DNA of 64,000 nucleotides, from the IMG/VR virus record IMGVR_UViG_3300027914_001343, positions 85,167 to 149,166 of that record; one strand, 5' to 3'. Below the pieces are notes generated by a model. The model did no database searches. It was not told where the DNA came from and saw nothing but the letters and a program-made list of their open reading frames with translations. The stretch is from a virus (Duplodnaviria > Caudoviricetes). Below, in pieces: positions 36,801 through 44,835 of the stretch; positions within the stretch are counted from its first letter, which is position 1, and the number at the start of each line of letters is the position of its first letter. A program made the position numbers and the translations under genes.

Positions 36801-37992
36801 TTTGTTCCAATTCTTGCCGAGTACGTGGAAAGAATACACTTCCAGATTCAGTAAGAAGTTTGGAATTATGCCAGGAACACCAGCGACAGACCCAAGAGCT
36901 AACGCGCTGTTAGGCGCGGCTTTCCTTAGAGAAAACGCTGATTACATCTCCAAAACCAAGGATAAGATTACTGACACTGATCTTTACATGGCGCACTTCC
37001 TTGGTAAAGGTGGCGCAGCGAAGTTCTTTAAAGCTAATCCGTCTATTTCTGGCCCTGCGTTTATGCCTAAGGAAGCACGGGCAAATCCAGACATTTTCTA
37101 CAACAAAGGCACGCCTAGAACACTGAGCGAGATTTATCAATTGCTTAATGGTCGGATGCATGATGTTGTTAAACGTTTTGGTTTGTCTGGTGGCGGTGGT
37201 TCTGAAGCAATGTTGACTTCTGCGCCTACTCCACAAGCAGCTGCTGCTCCTACAGCGCCTGCTGCGGCTGCAGCTCAGCCAGCTAAACCTGCCGCGGCCG
37301 CAGCTGCGGCAGCTGCGACGACAGCTAAACCTGCCGCGGCCGCAGCTGCGGCAGCTGCGACGACAGCTATGCCTAAATCAACAGCAACGGCAGATACGCC
37401 AATGATGCCAAATGAAGGCAAAACAGCAAAACCACAAGGGAAGAAAGCGCAAGCAAGAATTCCTATTAGTGATCAAGCACCTGGTCTTACCGGTGTGGCT
37501 GAAGCTAGTCTGAGTATTGGTGGGGTTGGTTCTGGTTATGCGTCTAGTGCTAATGAAGCCAAAAAGCGGACTAAGCCTGTCGCGCCTGTTGAGACACCTA
37601 AAGCTGAAATTCCCACAAGTCCAGCAGAAGATCCAGCAGTTAAGGTCATTGGCGAAGGGTTCAATCCTAAACCAATTACACCTAAAGTGCCGGACATTCA
37701 GGTTCAGCAGAAGGTTCAGCAGGAGGCACTGCAAAAGACGTTTGGTTCTGTCGATGAAGTACTTAAGAAGTCACATGTTGAATTGGTTAAACAATCCAGC
37801 ACGCTTGACAACATTCTGAAGGCTCTCATCAATATGAAAGCGCTTGCGCAACCAGCCGTTAGTAAAGAAGCTGAGGTAAAGGATAGTTCACCTACGGCTG
37901 CGGCAAAACAAAAGCAGCCACAGACCATCAGAAGCACTTCTACTGGTGGAAAACTTCCGACGCCGCCAGTTTCAATGGCAAGGCCTGTTTGA
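30802..37992 (+). CDS. tail tape measure protein with lytic transglycosylase domain (gp181-like)
   Basis: 2396 aa; SLT motifs IESGF, ATGLFQF, YMAHFLG; Gly/Ala-rich hydrophobic segment; divergent from vRNAP as in phiKZ. Confidence 0.9.
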   Translation: MASKDQFVVDDFNFDNELAFPDFGGEGNGFTVKDDRSPVTKFASGFGEGMKDALTSEAFIRTAVKTALPRGYGQALDMTGEVTSSVKDLYNSTAQELKPVIKDLRRITGRVLPDAEKFLPKSVADKLREFSKDPDERSGSDFDPREASIQGSLGEVFQMQAETEAKKEKTDDTKDKLREGVQQLRFRSEMHELDAIRIGVQQLASYQDKVGVNFQRKSLELQYRQYFVAMDALQEAKTQGELFKEALPVIAKNTGLPDYVKKTPMESMKEIMRNKFIESMNDGIFDKRRNFVRNFTRNLTKTIKNKVAQSASDFQMALAGGEMMLDAAEMQKEMGGEFDGYGMAGNMAANTVVDSFGAKYGKKLREYIEESNAGKPIVGLGNKLIYGATNLAQEAGMWAKSDKNSNIPFVDLIKETINSTLGRQDNSLDVDDLGNLQEPMPFNRRTAKSINEIIPGLLARIHREIKILRTGDENAELVSYDFSSNKFSTEEKVQKKIFTEVIKQENKASIERDVREIVDLVDKDKKLSPEERKILGEFMLKDNVEGHGVSHSRRLTDVTSYEGKFSKDAEMLAEAFKRYFEKDEVGNKQIALSSKYAQLGDRISDSRKKIQEFSLAGQQELLGRLGLITEDFDAVAQKNINNMHYENLGKTSEEEYQELQAKNVESVSSEGDAISKKAGKPYSRKARGRTPIEEEKQKPEFNAGIKQEPIKLNVKDLKLDLGEVVGALGENRSVEEKQLAMLEKIEERLNAGIKFINMNGISEAMGDGMTSLKEGLKKGKRWWNESVLENMKSLGSGAWNLGGKAVGAVSEGFNRTKKWGGKGIEKVKEWWADDLWLPGETVPRLLAWKMEAGHYIDEASGKVIKSAKDITSNVIDTTLPAGQQIVLQATDRFKIEARTIGGKIKNIAKALGGGFLKKGKELYDKLPAAYATALGIGKKIVQKVWGVLDGPVDVYVKGRLEQPALTALGMRSGYYRSKMTGKAIEKVSDIDGPVIAADSGDVLLTHDDIAKGLVDKNGKPIRHGLGKLFGMGKDLVKGAVRSVMKAGSAVAGWLRNSLGSVREFFAGMLGPDGLLFGGAGQMVDHLAAIRQILDDRLPGGSKKVEGDADGDGVRDGSAADQRRKRKPKGKTESVARPDEKPGVFGKMQGFFDRIAKRFEDKDEDSDEGGIDVDIDTDGGSDRRKSRKQRLKDKARHAKDRTVEKLKELREKTKPHLDEAKEKAKDKIQEAREKGKIKAEEAREKAKTKYAEGKAKAKGYWETTREKLKEKADARKALKAEKAAAKAAAKKPSFGGRMARAGMRGLGKGAWGLAKGVGSVGMGAARVVGATGSLLNAGISGGASLLGRGLMMGASALAPVAGAAVSAVGSAVGAGLGLAGSALAGVGAILASPVVLGALAVGAVAAGGYFAYKYFTRNKLDDWSKLRYIQYGFAADKNDWVSKVFELEDLLLPYITYDQQGNAAFHVSSLDDKVKEKLKDNIKAFGVSFDKQDQVENWLHWFDARFRPVYLTHLTALKKTKDKVPLSDVGDKLSAVERKKYFDLAKFPDGPYGAAYSPTPELKSLPSGAKEVKAYVDQMQPKIDKEAADEEKKGKDGGKSKNAATRAAIAASDSVSDPVAQKAQASKPGEKDAKPGTPGAKPATPKAGAPAAAAVAAAVAGGGKDTGAIKVEATAKPIGGVIGGIVSGVDAVRYKAYGIKEMEADKLSVITTLEAEVVSFIKIDGKKVVSWNGSPEAMFNKHGAAFGVDLSDSNHKASWMSWFTERFLPTYLNYLTLLFSATNKSDVNAARVALKDQAAVDVAMGVLNTSVAGKSVWLNGRSPWPGYELNGNVNSTDKNIAGLKDQAKQAVLNEQQSVDRKGTKDGSDKKSANGANQDGNKNQDADKTKDQGFFKDMVSGAKDALSSVKSGYGKAMDALGFSNHSEEYGQGTVVNMPTKGTGGKYDEVPVPTGDGNAPALAPTINAAAKIVGVDPSLMMRIAAIESGFRAGVVAKGTNATGLFQFLPSTWKEYTSRFSKKFGIMPGTPATDPRANALLGAAFLRENADYISKTKDKITDTDLYMAHFLGKGGAAKFFKANPSISGPAFMPKEARANPDIFYNKGTPRTLSEIYQLLNGRMHDVVKRFGLSGGGGSEAMLTSAPTPQAAAAPTAPAAAAAQPAKPAAAAAAAAATTAKPAAAAAAAAATTAMPKSTATADTPMMPNEGKTAKPQGKKAQARIPISDQAPGLTGVAEASLSIGGVGSGYASSANEAKKRTKPVAPVETPKAEIPTSPAEDPAVKVIGEGFNPKPITPKVPDIQVQQKVQQEALQKTFGSVDEVLKKSHVELVKQSSTLDNILKALINMKALAQPAVSKEAEVKDSSPTAAAKQKQPQTIRSTSTGGKLPTPPVSMARPV
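37280..37369 (+). repeat. perfect 42-bp tandem duplication
   Basis: CAGCTAAACCTGCCGCGGCCGCAGCTGCGGCAGCTGCGACGA x2 plus CAGCTA; encodes AKPAAAAAAAAATT. Confidence 0.95.
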
Positions 37993-37998
37993 GATAAG

Positions 37999-38031
37999 CC
38001 TGGGGAGGGAAACTTCCCCAGGTTTTATTTT
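37999..38031 (+). terminator. intrinsic terminator
   Basis: CCTGGGGAG ggaaa CTTCCCCAGG followed by TTTTATTTT. Confidence 0.65.
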
Positions 38032-38053
38032 GCTTTATTTTGGAGTAAAAGAA

Positions 38054-40174
38054 ATGGCTAGTCCAAGAATTAAGAACAGTCACTGGATTCGACAGTCGTT
38101 TCTTGTTGAGTCAAAACAACTGGAGACGGTTGATAAACAAAACAGATTCTTCAGTACAGTTTCATTGAAGTTTACCGACACTACGCCCGGCGGTAGCATT
38201 GCTATTAATCCGCCACCACAGTTTACGCGCTATGCTGACTTACGCCCTGTAAATGGCGGCACAGCTAACCCAAGAACAAAAGCAGGTATTTTGGCTAATG
38301 GTAGTATGGGGATGGGTCGTTACTATAGCGAAGCTATTGACGACAATTCCCAAATCATCAGCATGCGTTTCGGTGTACCCGAATACAACAGCATGACTAC
38401 TTTCTTTACTGGCTTCTATAATTCAGGCGCTGGTAAACTTGCACGCACTGGTCGCGCACCAGGTATCTTTTATACGCTCGGGCGAGCAGCTGGTTTTGTG
38501 GTTAGTATCTGCGCATGGAAACTCCTGGCAGTCCATATGCTCGGTGTTGGGTACAAATTCGTTACTGAAAAACCGACCACGAAATACTATTACTTAAAAC
38601 CAACTATGGCGCTTTACTGGAACGCAGTACAGACGATTGTTAACCAGATCGCAGTTAACCGCGGCATGGTTCCTCGTGTTGGTGATCCGGACGTCGTTAG
38701 AAAGATTGGCGGCGACTATCAATTCGATAAAGAAGCACGGGCAAAAATGCACAGTATTCTGCCGGAGATTTTTACCGAAGGCGGCAGTATTAATGTTTAC
38801 GCAGTAGCTAACAGGGCTCAACGTTTGGCTAGAGCATACGAAAAACTGCTTGAACAGCGACTCAATGGTGATAACTTCGATGTAGGTAAAGCTATTGTCG
38901 AAGTGCAAAAAGAAATTCAGCAAAATAAGCTTTCTCCAACCGGTAAAGGCGTTTGGTCTAACAGTACGACAAACGACACTGGCGAAATCACTAAATGCGG
39001 TGATGGTTATTTGGAAAAATGGTTTAATTCATCTCTAGGTGAAGAGGGTGCCGCTGCCACTGGTAAAACAAACGGCGAAAGTGCCATAACTCTTAGTACT
39101 GATGATACTGAAAATAAGATCACTATCAATAGCAAGAAACAGGCTTGGTACAGCCGCTTAAAGGATTTTGCCGATGCAGAACTCGACGATGGTTCTATGT
39201 TTGCTACTTTCAGAGTGAACGCTACTGGCTCCATTAACGAAAGCTTCAGTAACTCTGTGACTGATTCTGACATCCAAAGCAAAATTAATGGGATGTCTAG
39301 TTCAGCTAGAGAGACAAACTTTAGTTTCGCTAATGGTAATCTAGCCAGCGGCGTTATTGGCGACATGATCGGCGGTGTCTTCAACACGTTCAAAGACTTT
39401 GCAAGTGGTGTTGCTGACAGCCTTAAAATTAGCGGTTTGGCTTCTCTTGGCGGTGCGGCTTTTGTTGATATTCCAAAACACTGGCAAGATTCCTCAGCTA
39501 GTCTGCCAAGAATGAACTACACCATTAATTTGGTAACGCCTTATGGTAACCCAATGTCGCAGCTGATGAATATTTATATTCCTCTCGCTATGTTGCTTGC
39601 TGGTGCTCTTCCTCTTTCCACTGGTCGTCATTCCTACACAAGTCCATTTATTTGCGAACTCTTTGATAAGGGTCGTTGCCAAACCCGTTTGGGTATGATT
39701 GATAGCCTTTCCATTACTCGCGGTACTGGCAATACTGGCTTCACTCGCGATGGACATGCTTTAGGGGTGGAAGTAAGCTTCTCAGTTGTGGATTTGTCTT
39801 CAATCATGCACATGCCTATTTCGATGGGTTTCACTACTTCTGACATTATCAGTATTACTGGTGGCGCAGCACTGGGCGCTGCTGGAGGTATGTCTATCGC
39901 TGGTGCTATCGGTGGTCTTTTAGGTGCTGGTTTCGGCGCAGCTATTGGTGCTGGTGCTTTTGATGACGGAACTGTGTTTTCTGACTACTTGGCTGTTCTT
40001 GCTGGGATGGGGCTTGCTGATCAGATTTATCCGCTCAACAAGATCCAAATGAACCTAACAAGAAAAGCCGCGCAGTTTGATACATGGGCAAGCATTCCGC
40101 ACTTTGCATCATGGGCTGGTGATACAATTCCAGGCAGAGTTATGAGTGCGTTCTACAAGGGCGTTAAACGATAG
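38054..40174 (+). CDS. tail/baseplate protein (gp182-like)
   Basis: ATG 38054 with GGAG RBS; 'INPPPQFTRYAD' and 'GMGRYYSEAIDDN' blocks; follows the tape measure gene. Confidence 0.8.
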   Translation: MASPRIKNSHWIRQSFLVESKQLETVDKQNRFFSTVSLKFTDTTPGGSIAINPPPQFTRYADLRPVNGGTANPRTKAGILANGSMGMGRYYSEAIDDNSQIISMRFGVPEYNSMTTFFTGFYNSGAGKLARTGRAPGIFYTLGRAAGFVVSICAWKLLAVHMLGVGYKFVTEKPTTKYYYLKPTMALYWNAVQTIVNQIAVNRGMVPRVGDPDVVRKIGGDYQFDKEARAKMHSILPEIFTEGGSINVYAVANRAQRLARAYEKLLEQRLNGDNFDVGKAIVEVQKEIQQNKLSPTGKGVWSNSTTNDTGEITKCGDGYLEKWFNSSLGEEGAAATGKTNGESAITLSTDDTENKITINSKKQAWYSRLKDFADAELDDGSMFATFRVNATGSINESFSNSVTDSDIQSKINGMSSSARETNFSFANGNLASGVIGDMIGGVFNTFKDFASGVADSLKISGLASLGGAAFVDIPKHWQDSSASLPRMNYTINLVTPYGNPMSQLMNIYIPLAMLLAGALPLSTGRHSYTSPFICELFDKGRCQTRLGMIDSLSITRGTGNTGFTRDGHALGVEVSFSVVDLSSIMHMPISMGFTTSDIISITGGAALGAAGGMSIAGAIGGLLGAGFGAAIGAGAFDDGTVFSDYLAVLAGMGLADQIYPLNKIQMNLTRKAAQFDTWASIPHFASWAGDTIPGRVMSAFYKGVKR

Positions 40175-40176
40175 GG

Positions 40177-40211
40177 CATAGAGGGCGGGAATTTCCCGCC
40201 CTCGTTTTATG
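40177..40211. terminator. two-sided CATA-hairpin-TATG element
   Basis: CATA GAGGGCGGGA att TCCCGCCCTC gttt TATG. Confidence 0.8.
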
Positions 40212-41304
40212 ACGCAGTAACCGCCACTACGTTGGATTTCGGAGATACTTCCGGGAAAGCACTAGCGAGATTTGTTAGAACTTCTTCCGTCTGAAACAGC
40301 GTCGCTACAGCAAGAATCTTCCTACTGTCTTCATCTTCAATCCTACAACCAGAAATCATGATTGTCTTAAAATCAGCGCTACCATAAGCAAACGGAATAG
40401 CATTAATGTATTCGACCGTTTCTAGTGAAGTACGTTTGATTGAGGTGGTCCGCCAGTTCGGATCAATTATGTCAAACACAGTGTAAATTTCTGCAGCAAG
40501 CGTTGTGTAGCTGTCCGTGGTTTTTGGGATGCTGTAAGCTTTTGCTAACTCTCTAATGATAACTGGATTAAGCTTAAGTATGCCGCCAGTTCCGAGAGTA
40601 GAACAAATATCCTTAATGGTTAAAAGATCAGAGCATTTAATCACCGTAGGTAAAACAAGAACAGTAATCTTCTTTATGCTTTCGTCGTCACCACTGAATT
40701 GCTTAATGATGTCAAGATAAGTACCATGAACGCCAGCATTTACAGCTGTAATGATCGTCGAGGCAGCTACTGCAATCCTGGTTTGCAGATCATAGACTGC
40801 AGTTTTGCTAGATCCAAGAAAGGCCGAGATCTGTCCAATGATTTTTCTTACTTGTTCTACTTGACCGTGAATCTTCTTTTCAACACCATTAATCTGGACA
40901 CGGACGTCACTTACTTTCTGGTAGCCAGATTGTGCTGTCTCTACGAGCTTGGTTACGTTAGTAACTACCTCAGATTCAATACCTAGATTCTTAAGACCAG
41001 ACTTAAGAGCATCAGTAGAAGCAAGAATTCGAGCAGCACCAGTGGCTTTGTCAATCTTAGCTTTCGAATCAAGAACAAAATTCTTAGCATTCTGAACTTT
41101 ATCGATCTGTGCTTGTGATTGTTTGATATAACTCTCAGTAGTGGCTGTAATGTTGCTGCGCCAAGATTCTACTGTGTTTACTGTTTTGTTAGCTGCAGTA
41201 GTGATCGTTTCCGTGTAAACATCAACTGGAGCCAGTGCGTCCTTAGCAGTGGAAACCCATGTTGGTTTCGCCAGTCCTGGTTTGTCTTTCTCATTAGTGG
41301 CCAT
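40207..41304 (-). CDS. hypothetical, possibly virion protein
   Basis: 365 aa with a coiled-coil-like N-terminal half. Confidence 0.65.
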   Translation of the reverse strand: MATNEKDKPGLAKPTWVSTAKDALAPVDVYTETITTAANKTVNTVESWRSNITATTESYIKQSQAQIDKVQNAKNFVLDSKAKIDKATGAARILASTDALKSGLKNLGIESEVVTNVTKLVETAQSGYQKVSDVRVQINGVEKKIHGQVEQVRKIIGQISAFLGSSKTAVYDLQTRIAVAASTIITAVNAGVHGTYLDIIKQFSGDDESIKKITVLVLPTVIKCSDLLTIKDICSTLGTGGILKLNPVIIRELAKAYSIPKTTDSYTTLAAEIYTVFDIIDPNWRTTSIKRTSLETVEYINAIPFAYGSADFKTIMISGCRIEDEDSRKILAVATLFQTEEVLTNLASAFPEVSPKSNVVAVTAS

Positions 41305-41321
41305 TATGTAAGTTCCAATGC

Positions 41322-41359
41322 AAAAAAAAAAAGAGGGAGCCCTAAGGCCCCTCTTTTTT
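41322..41359 (-). terminator. intrinsic terminator ending the early island
   Basis: A11-GAGGGAGCCCTAAGGCCCCTC-T6; imperfect stem with a long U-tract on the minus strand. Confidence 0.7.
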
Positions 41360-41888
41360 AATCAAATAACACCCCCTCGTAATTTGGGGTCTTAGGCGCA
41401 ATACCGTTCTTTAACTGAGTACGAAGCTCAGTAAGACCGGAAACAAGCCAGCCGCTAATTTGCGGACGAACTTGTACACCGATCACAGGAACAGTCTTGC
41501 TGATCTCGATGTAATAGTGATCAAACGGCAAATCACTATTTACGAACATTTCATAAAGATGTTCGTGCTGAACTATCTTCAGATAAGTCGCTTCGATGAT
41601 CAGTGCTCGGAAATCTTTAATCTTCCGACCGCCTTGATAGTTGCTTGCTTTCTTCGCTTTCATACCGTGCAAAAAGCGGAAGCGTTCCCGATCTTGTGGA
41701 AACGGGTAGCGCAGCCATGCCCAATAAGCTTCGACACTTCCGAATGGCCCAAAGACAGGATGTCTGAAACCAATCGCTGCGATGTGACATAAGTCACGCC
41801 CGAGCTCCGTTTGACCTCGCAAGTCAATGTTGATGTGATCAACACCATCGCGTGTCACTACTTCCGGGAGTTCTGCGATTGCGTTCAT
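41358..41888 (-). CDS. NADAR/YbiA-like protein (T4 30.3-like)
   Basis: ATG 41888 with AAGGA RBS; 'LCHIAAIGFRHPVFGPFGSVEAYWAWLR...LHGMKAKK' fits the NADAR pattern. Confidence 0.55.
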   Translation of the reverse strand: MNAIAELPEVVTRDGVDHINIDLRGQTELGRDLCHIAAIGFRHPVFGPFGSVEAYWAWLRYPFPQDRERFRFLHGMKAKKASNYQGGRKIKDFRALIIEATYLKIVQHEHLYEMFVNSDLPFDHYYIEISKTVPVIGVQVRPQISGWLVSGLTELRTQLKNGIAPKTPNYEGVLFD

Positions 41889-41889
41889 T

Positions 41890-42477
41890 CTATTTCCTTT
41901 CTGATCCGGTTTCGTCCCAGGGCGCGGTTTCATCCCCAGGTAGCCGTGTCGTTGTTGGCGGGGGATCTCCGATAGCCCCGCTGGTTGTAGGTGGTCCGGC
42001 ATCGTTGGTATTACGCCGGTTAGAAAGATTGTTACTGCTCTTGCGGCTCTTTTGAGATTCATTACGAAATCCTCCAAACTGTATAGTTGGTTCGTCGCTC
42101 CCAAAGTTCACTGTTTCGGTATGGATACTGGTTCGGCCGTCCTGATAATACGCCTTAATCGAGAACTCGAACTTAACTACACCGAAAAATCTCAAGGAAT
42201 TCAAAAAGACTTTCCACGTCATCTGATATTTTGTAAATTCCTTGATCAGGTTTCCCCTTCTGGATGTCCTATCCTTGGGGGTATTCGGGACGCAATTTTT
42301 CGGGTCCGCGAGATATTTCTCCATCAGCAAATTCCACCGATGGAGAGAGTGTTGAGATGCAATTCCCAGGTCCGCCATCATAGTGACGAACATACGGAAG
42401 AGAGCCGCACCTGGCCCTCGTGCCCTTCGTTTCGCGGCGTCTGGGTCACCGAGAATAGGACTTAACTGTTTTGACAT
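41890..42477 (-). CDS. hypothetical early protein
   Basis: 195 aa, AAGGAG RBS, disordered C-terminus. Confidence 0.75.
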   Translation of the reverse strand: MSKQLSPILGDPDAAKRRARGPGAALFRMFVTMMADLGIASQHSLHRWNLLMEKYLADPKNCVPNTPKDRTSRRGNLIKEFTKYQMTWKVFLNSLRFFGVVKFEFSIKAYYQDGRTSIHTETVNFGSDEPTIQFGGFRNESQKSRKSSNNLSNRRNTNDAGPPTTSGAIGDPPPTTTRLPGDETAPWDETGSERK

Positions 42478-42538
42478 TCTTTGCTCCTTGTTTAGAATTG
42501 TTCACCAGTTATTGAACTGTGCCGTACACACACTGAAG

Positions 42539-43051
42539 TCACATTGCTGATTTGAGCAATGTGTTTGAGATCATCTCAAGGTCTCGCAGAAACTTTTGAC
42601 ATACGCGATAGTTATATCCGCCAACACCCACTTGTTCAGCCGATAGCAGCTGCATTAACTCACAGAAGCGGAGCGCCTGCATTTTAAACGTCGCGCCAGT
42701 TTTAATTGGGTCGACGTAATAACCATCATTGTTTACACAGATAAATGTATCCAACGTACTGCTAATGTAATCGGTCGGAATAAGGCTTTTATCGACCTTG
42801 GTATTGGATTCAAGGAATTTACAGATCTGCTTCAGCGAATTTCCGTACTGAGACATAGTACCGAAATATGTTGAGAGCAGCATTTTCGAGTAGTCTGCTT
42901 TGGGGTTATATGTTACAAATAATTCCTCCGGTATCAGTTTGATCAGAGCGATCACGCGAGTTGGCTGATCGATGTGTTTATGAAACATGTTGATAATGTT
43001 GTTAACGAACAACGCCAGTTTAAAACGAAATTGCCACATCATTGTCTCCAT
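42539..43051 (-). CDS. hypothetical early protein
   Basis: 170 aa directly after the early promoter. Confidence 0.7.
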   Translation of the reverse strand: METMMWQFRFKLALFVNNIINMFHKHIDQPTRVIALIKLIPEELFVTYNPKADYSKMLLSTYFGTMSQYGNSLKQICKFLESNTKVDKSLIPTDYISSTLDTFICVNNDGYYVDPIKTGATFKMQALRFCELMQLLSAEQVGVGGYNYRVCQKFLRDLEMISNTLLKSAM

Positions 43052-43087
43052 TTTGTGACAGGCATAGATTAGTCTGTGCCCACGTAT

Positions 43088-43110
43088 GTAATATAGGTCT
43101 GAAACTTTTT
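43088..43110 (-). promoter_or_regulatory. phiKZ-type early promoter
   Basis: Minus strand AAAAAGTTTCAGACCTATATTAC; exact TATATTAC. Confidence 0.78.
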
Positions 43111-43129
43111 AACTTAGAGGTATGTCGCC

Positions 43130-43561
43130 ATGAGCGCAGATGAAGTGAACGTTGTTGAGATTGCTCCTTGCACGATGAGTGATGACGAAGTCCTCAAGTA
43201 CACACAAGGCGTACGAAAAGAACTTGTCAAAGATCTTACGTTTGGCGGAATGCCAACCGCAGAAGAAAACAGAAAGCTCCTTCTTGCAACATTGAAGGAC
43301 ATGGACTCTAATGCGCTTGGCAACAAGAAGATCAAGGTAGAAGAGAAGGTTGGCATGAGTCAGGCTAACGCTAATGCGCTTGTCGCCGAAGTCCTCAGAG
43401 TGGTCGGTAATGGCGATGCATTTGTTATTGAAGGCAGTGCAAGAACAGCCCCTTCTTTACCTGACACGATTGGCTTGCCGAATCTCGTACCAGGCGAAAC
43501 CGACATCAATGCAAAGCCAATCTCTTACGAGAACTTTGCGCCAGCACAAGAAGAAGACTGA
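43130..43561 (+). CDS. hypothetical protein
   Basis: 143 aa, GAGG RBS; lone plus-strand gene. Confidence 0.75.
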   Translation: MSADEVNVVEIAPCTMSDDEVLKYTQGVRKELVKDLTFGGMPTAEENRKLLLATLKDMDSNALGNKKIKVEEKVGMSQANANALVAEVLRVVGNGDAFVIEGSARTAPSLPDTIGLPNLVPGETDINAKPISYENFAPAQEED

Positions 43562-43595
43562 TCATACTGGCCAGGCTTCCGCCTGGCCAGTATGA
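43562..43595. terminator. two-sided CATA-hairpin-TATG element
   Basis: Perfect inverted repeat TCATACTGGCCAGGC ttcc GCCTGGCCAGTATGA. Confidence 0.82.
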
Positions 43596-43597
43596 CG

Positions 43598-44323
43598 CTA
43601 AATAAAGTCCTTAGGCTCAATGATGCTGAAATACTTGACATCAATAAGTTGCAGCTTAACCAATGGAGAAGCAAGCATCTCAAAACCCTGGAATGTACTT
43701 TCGAACAGAGCACTTATTTCCGCGTCCTCTTCAGCACTAGGTTGAACAGCATAGAGCGCAGGTGCAAACAAGAACATGTCAGATAGGTAACTACCACCCT
43801 TGCACATGAACTTATCAGCATGCATATTCATCCAGGTTTCGTGATCGTACATCACCATCATGCAATAGTTAAACTTGCAATACGACGGTAGCAGTTCCTC
43901 AATTGGACGCCTAACGATATCGATATCGGCAAGACCGAATAACCACTTGTCAAGAACAAAAGCAAGTTCTTCCCGTTCTTCATCGTCCAGCGTGTACGGA
44001 TACGTGTTGACTTCGACAACAACCCCATCATGGAAAGGTTGTGTTACTGCCTGCTTGCTCAATTCGGTAACGAAACCAGCCACCACAGTCATGATGTTAG
44101 TCATCATGGAGTTGGAGAGAATTACCTCATCTCGATTACTGTAGGCTTCCTTAAATACATCGTTAGGTATTTTACCAAACGTGTCAGAAGTACGCTTCTT
44201 GTAAGACTCAGAAACTGACAGTTCTTCCGCCAGTTCAGGATCAATAGAGGCAATCGTAGAAAGCCGAGTATCGAGCAGAGAATCCAGGTCAATATAGATC
44301 CGTTCTTTTCTTCCTGCGTGCAT
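43598..44323 (-). CDS. conserved phiKZ-like protein (gp147-like) with HAD-like DxD motif
   Basis: 'IYIDLDSLLDTRL'; synteny with the vRNAP fragment. Confidence 0.65.
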   Translation of the reverse strand: MHAGRKERIYIDLDSLLDTRLSTIASIDPELAEELSVSESYKKRTSDTFGKIPNDVFKEAYSNRDEVILSNSMMTNIMTVVAGFVTELSKQAVTQPFHDGVVVEVNTYPYTLDDEEREELAFVLDKWLFGLADIDIVRRPIEELLPSYCKFNYCMMVMYDHETWMNMHADKFMCKGGSYLSDMFLFAPALYAVQPSAEEDAEISALFESTFQGFEMLASPLVKLQLIDVKYFSIIEPKDFI

Positions 44324-44331
44324 ATCTCACC

Positions 44332-44826
44332 TCAAGCCGTAACTGTGTTACCAGCATGCTGCTTCTGCTTAGCAGGACGAACAAAGAGCTTAAGTGTGAG
44401 CAGAGTAACAAGCCATTTGTTGTTCAAAAGAACAGAACTCACTTCATCGCTCTTCATCCCACGCATCGAAAGCTCGTTAGGTACATAGCTGTTGCCTCTG
44501 TCGGTATCCACAGCGATAGCAGTAGACAACGTCTGGCAATAAGCCTTGAACGAGATGTCAGTAAGTTCTGCTCGTGAAAAGAAAGAGAACGTCAGCATAC
44601 TGACAAAGTTGTAAATAACAACGTCACGAAATACCTGACCAGAGAGTACTTCAATATTGTTGCTACTCATCAACACGTTAGGGATGAAATTATCCCCATC
44701 AAGGAAAAAGTTTACCCATGCTTGGATCTTGTCTGTCGATTCCTTCTGTGTGAAGGACTGGGAGACATGATCAAAAGCAGAACGCATAGCGTCACCAATT
44801 TCAGAAATTTGCGTATCGTTAGCCAT
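44332..44826 (-). CDS. hypothetical protein
   Basis: 164 aa, tightly packed in the operon. Confidence 0.7.
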   Translation of the reverse strand: MANDTQISEIGDAMRSAFDHVSQSFTQKESTDKIQAWVNFFLDGDNFIPNVLMSSNNIEVLSGQVFRDVVIYNFVSMLTFSFFSRAELTDISFKAYCQTLSTAIAVDTDRGNSYVPNELSMRGMKSDEVSSVLLNNKWLVTLLTLKLFVRPAKQKQHAGNTVTA

Positions 44827-44835
44827 TGCTTATTC

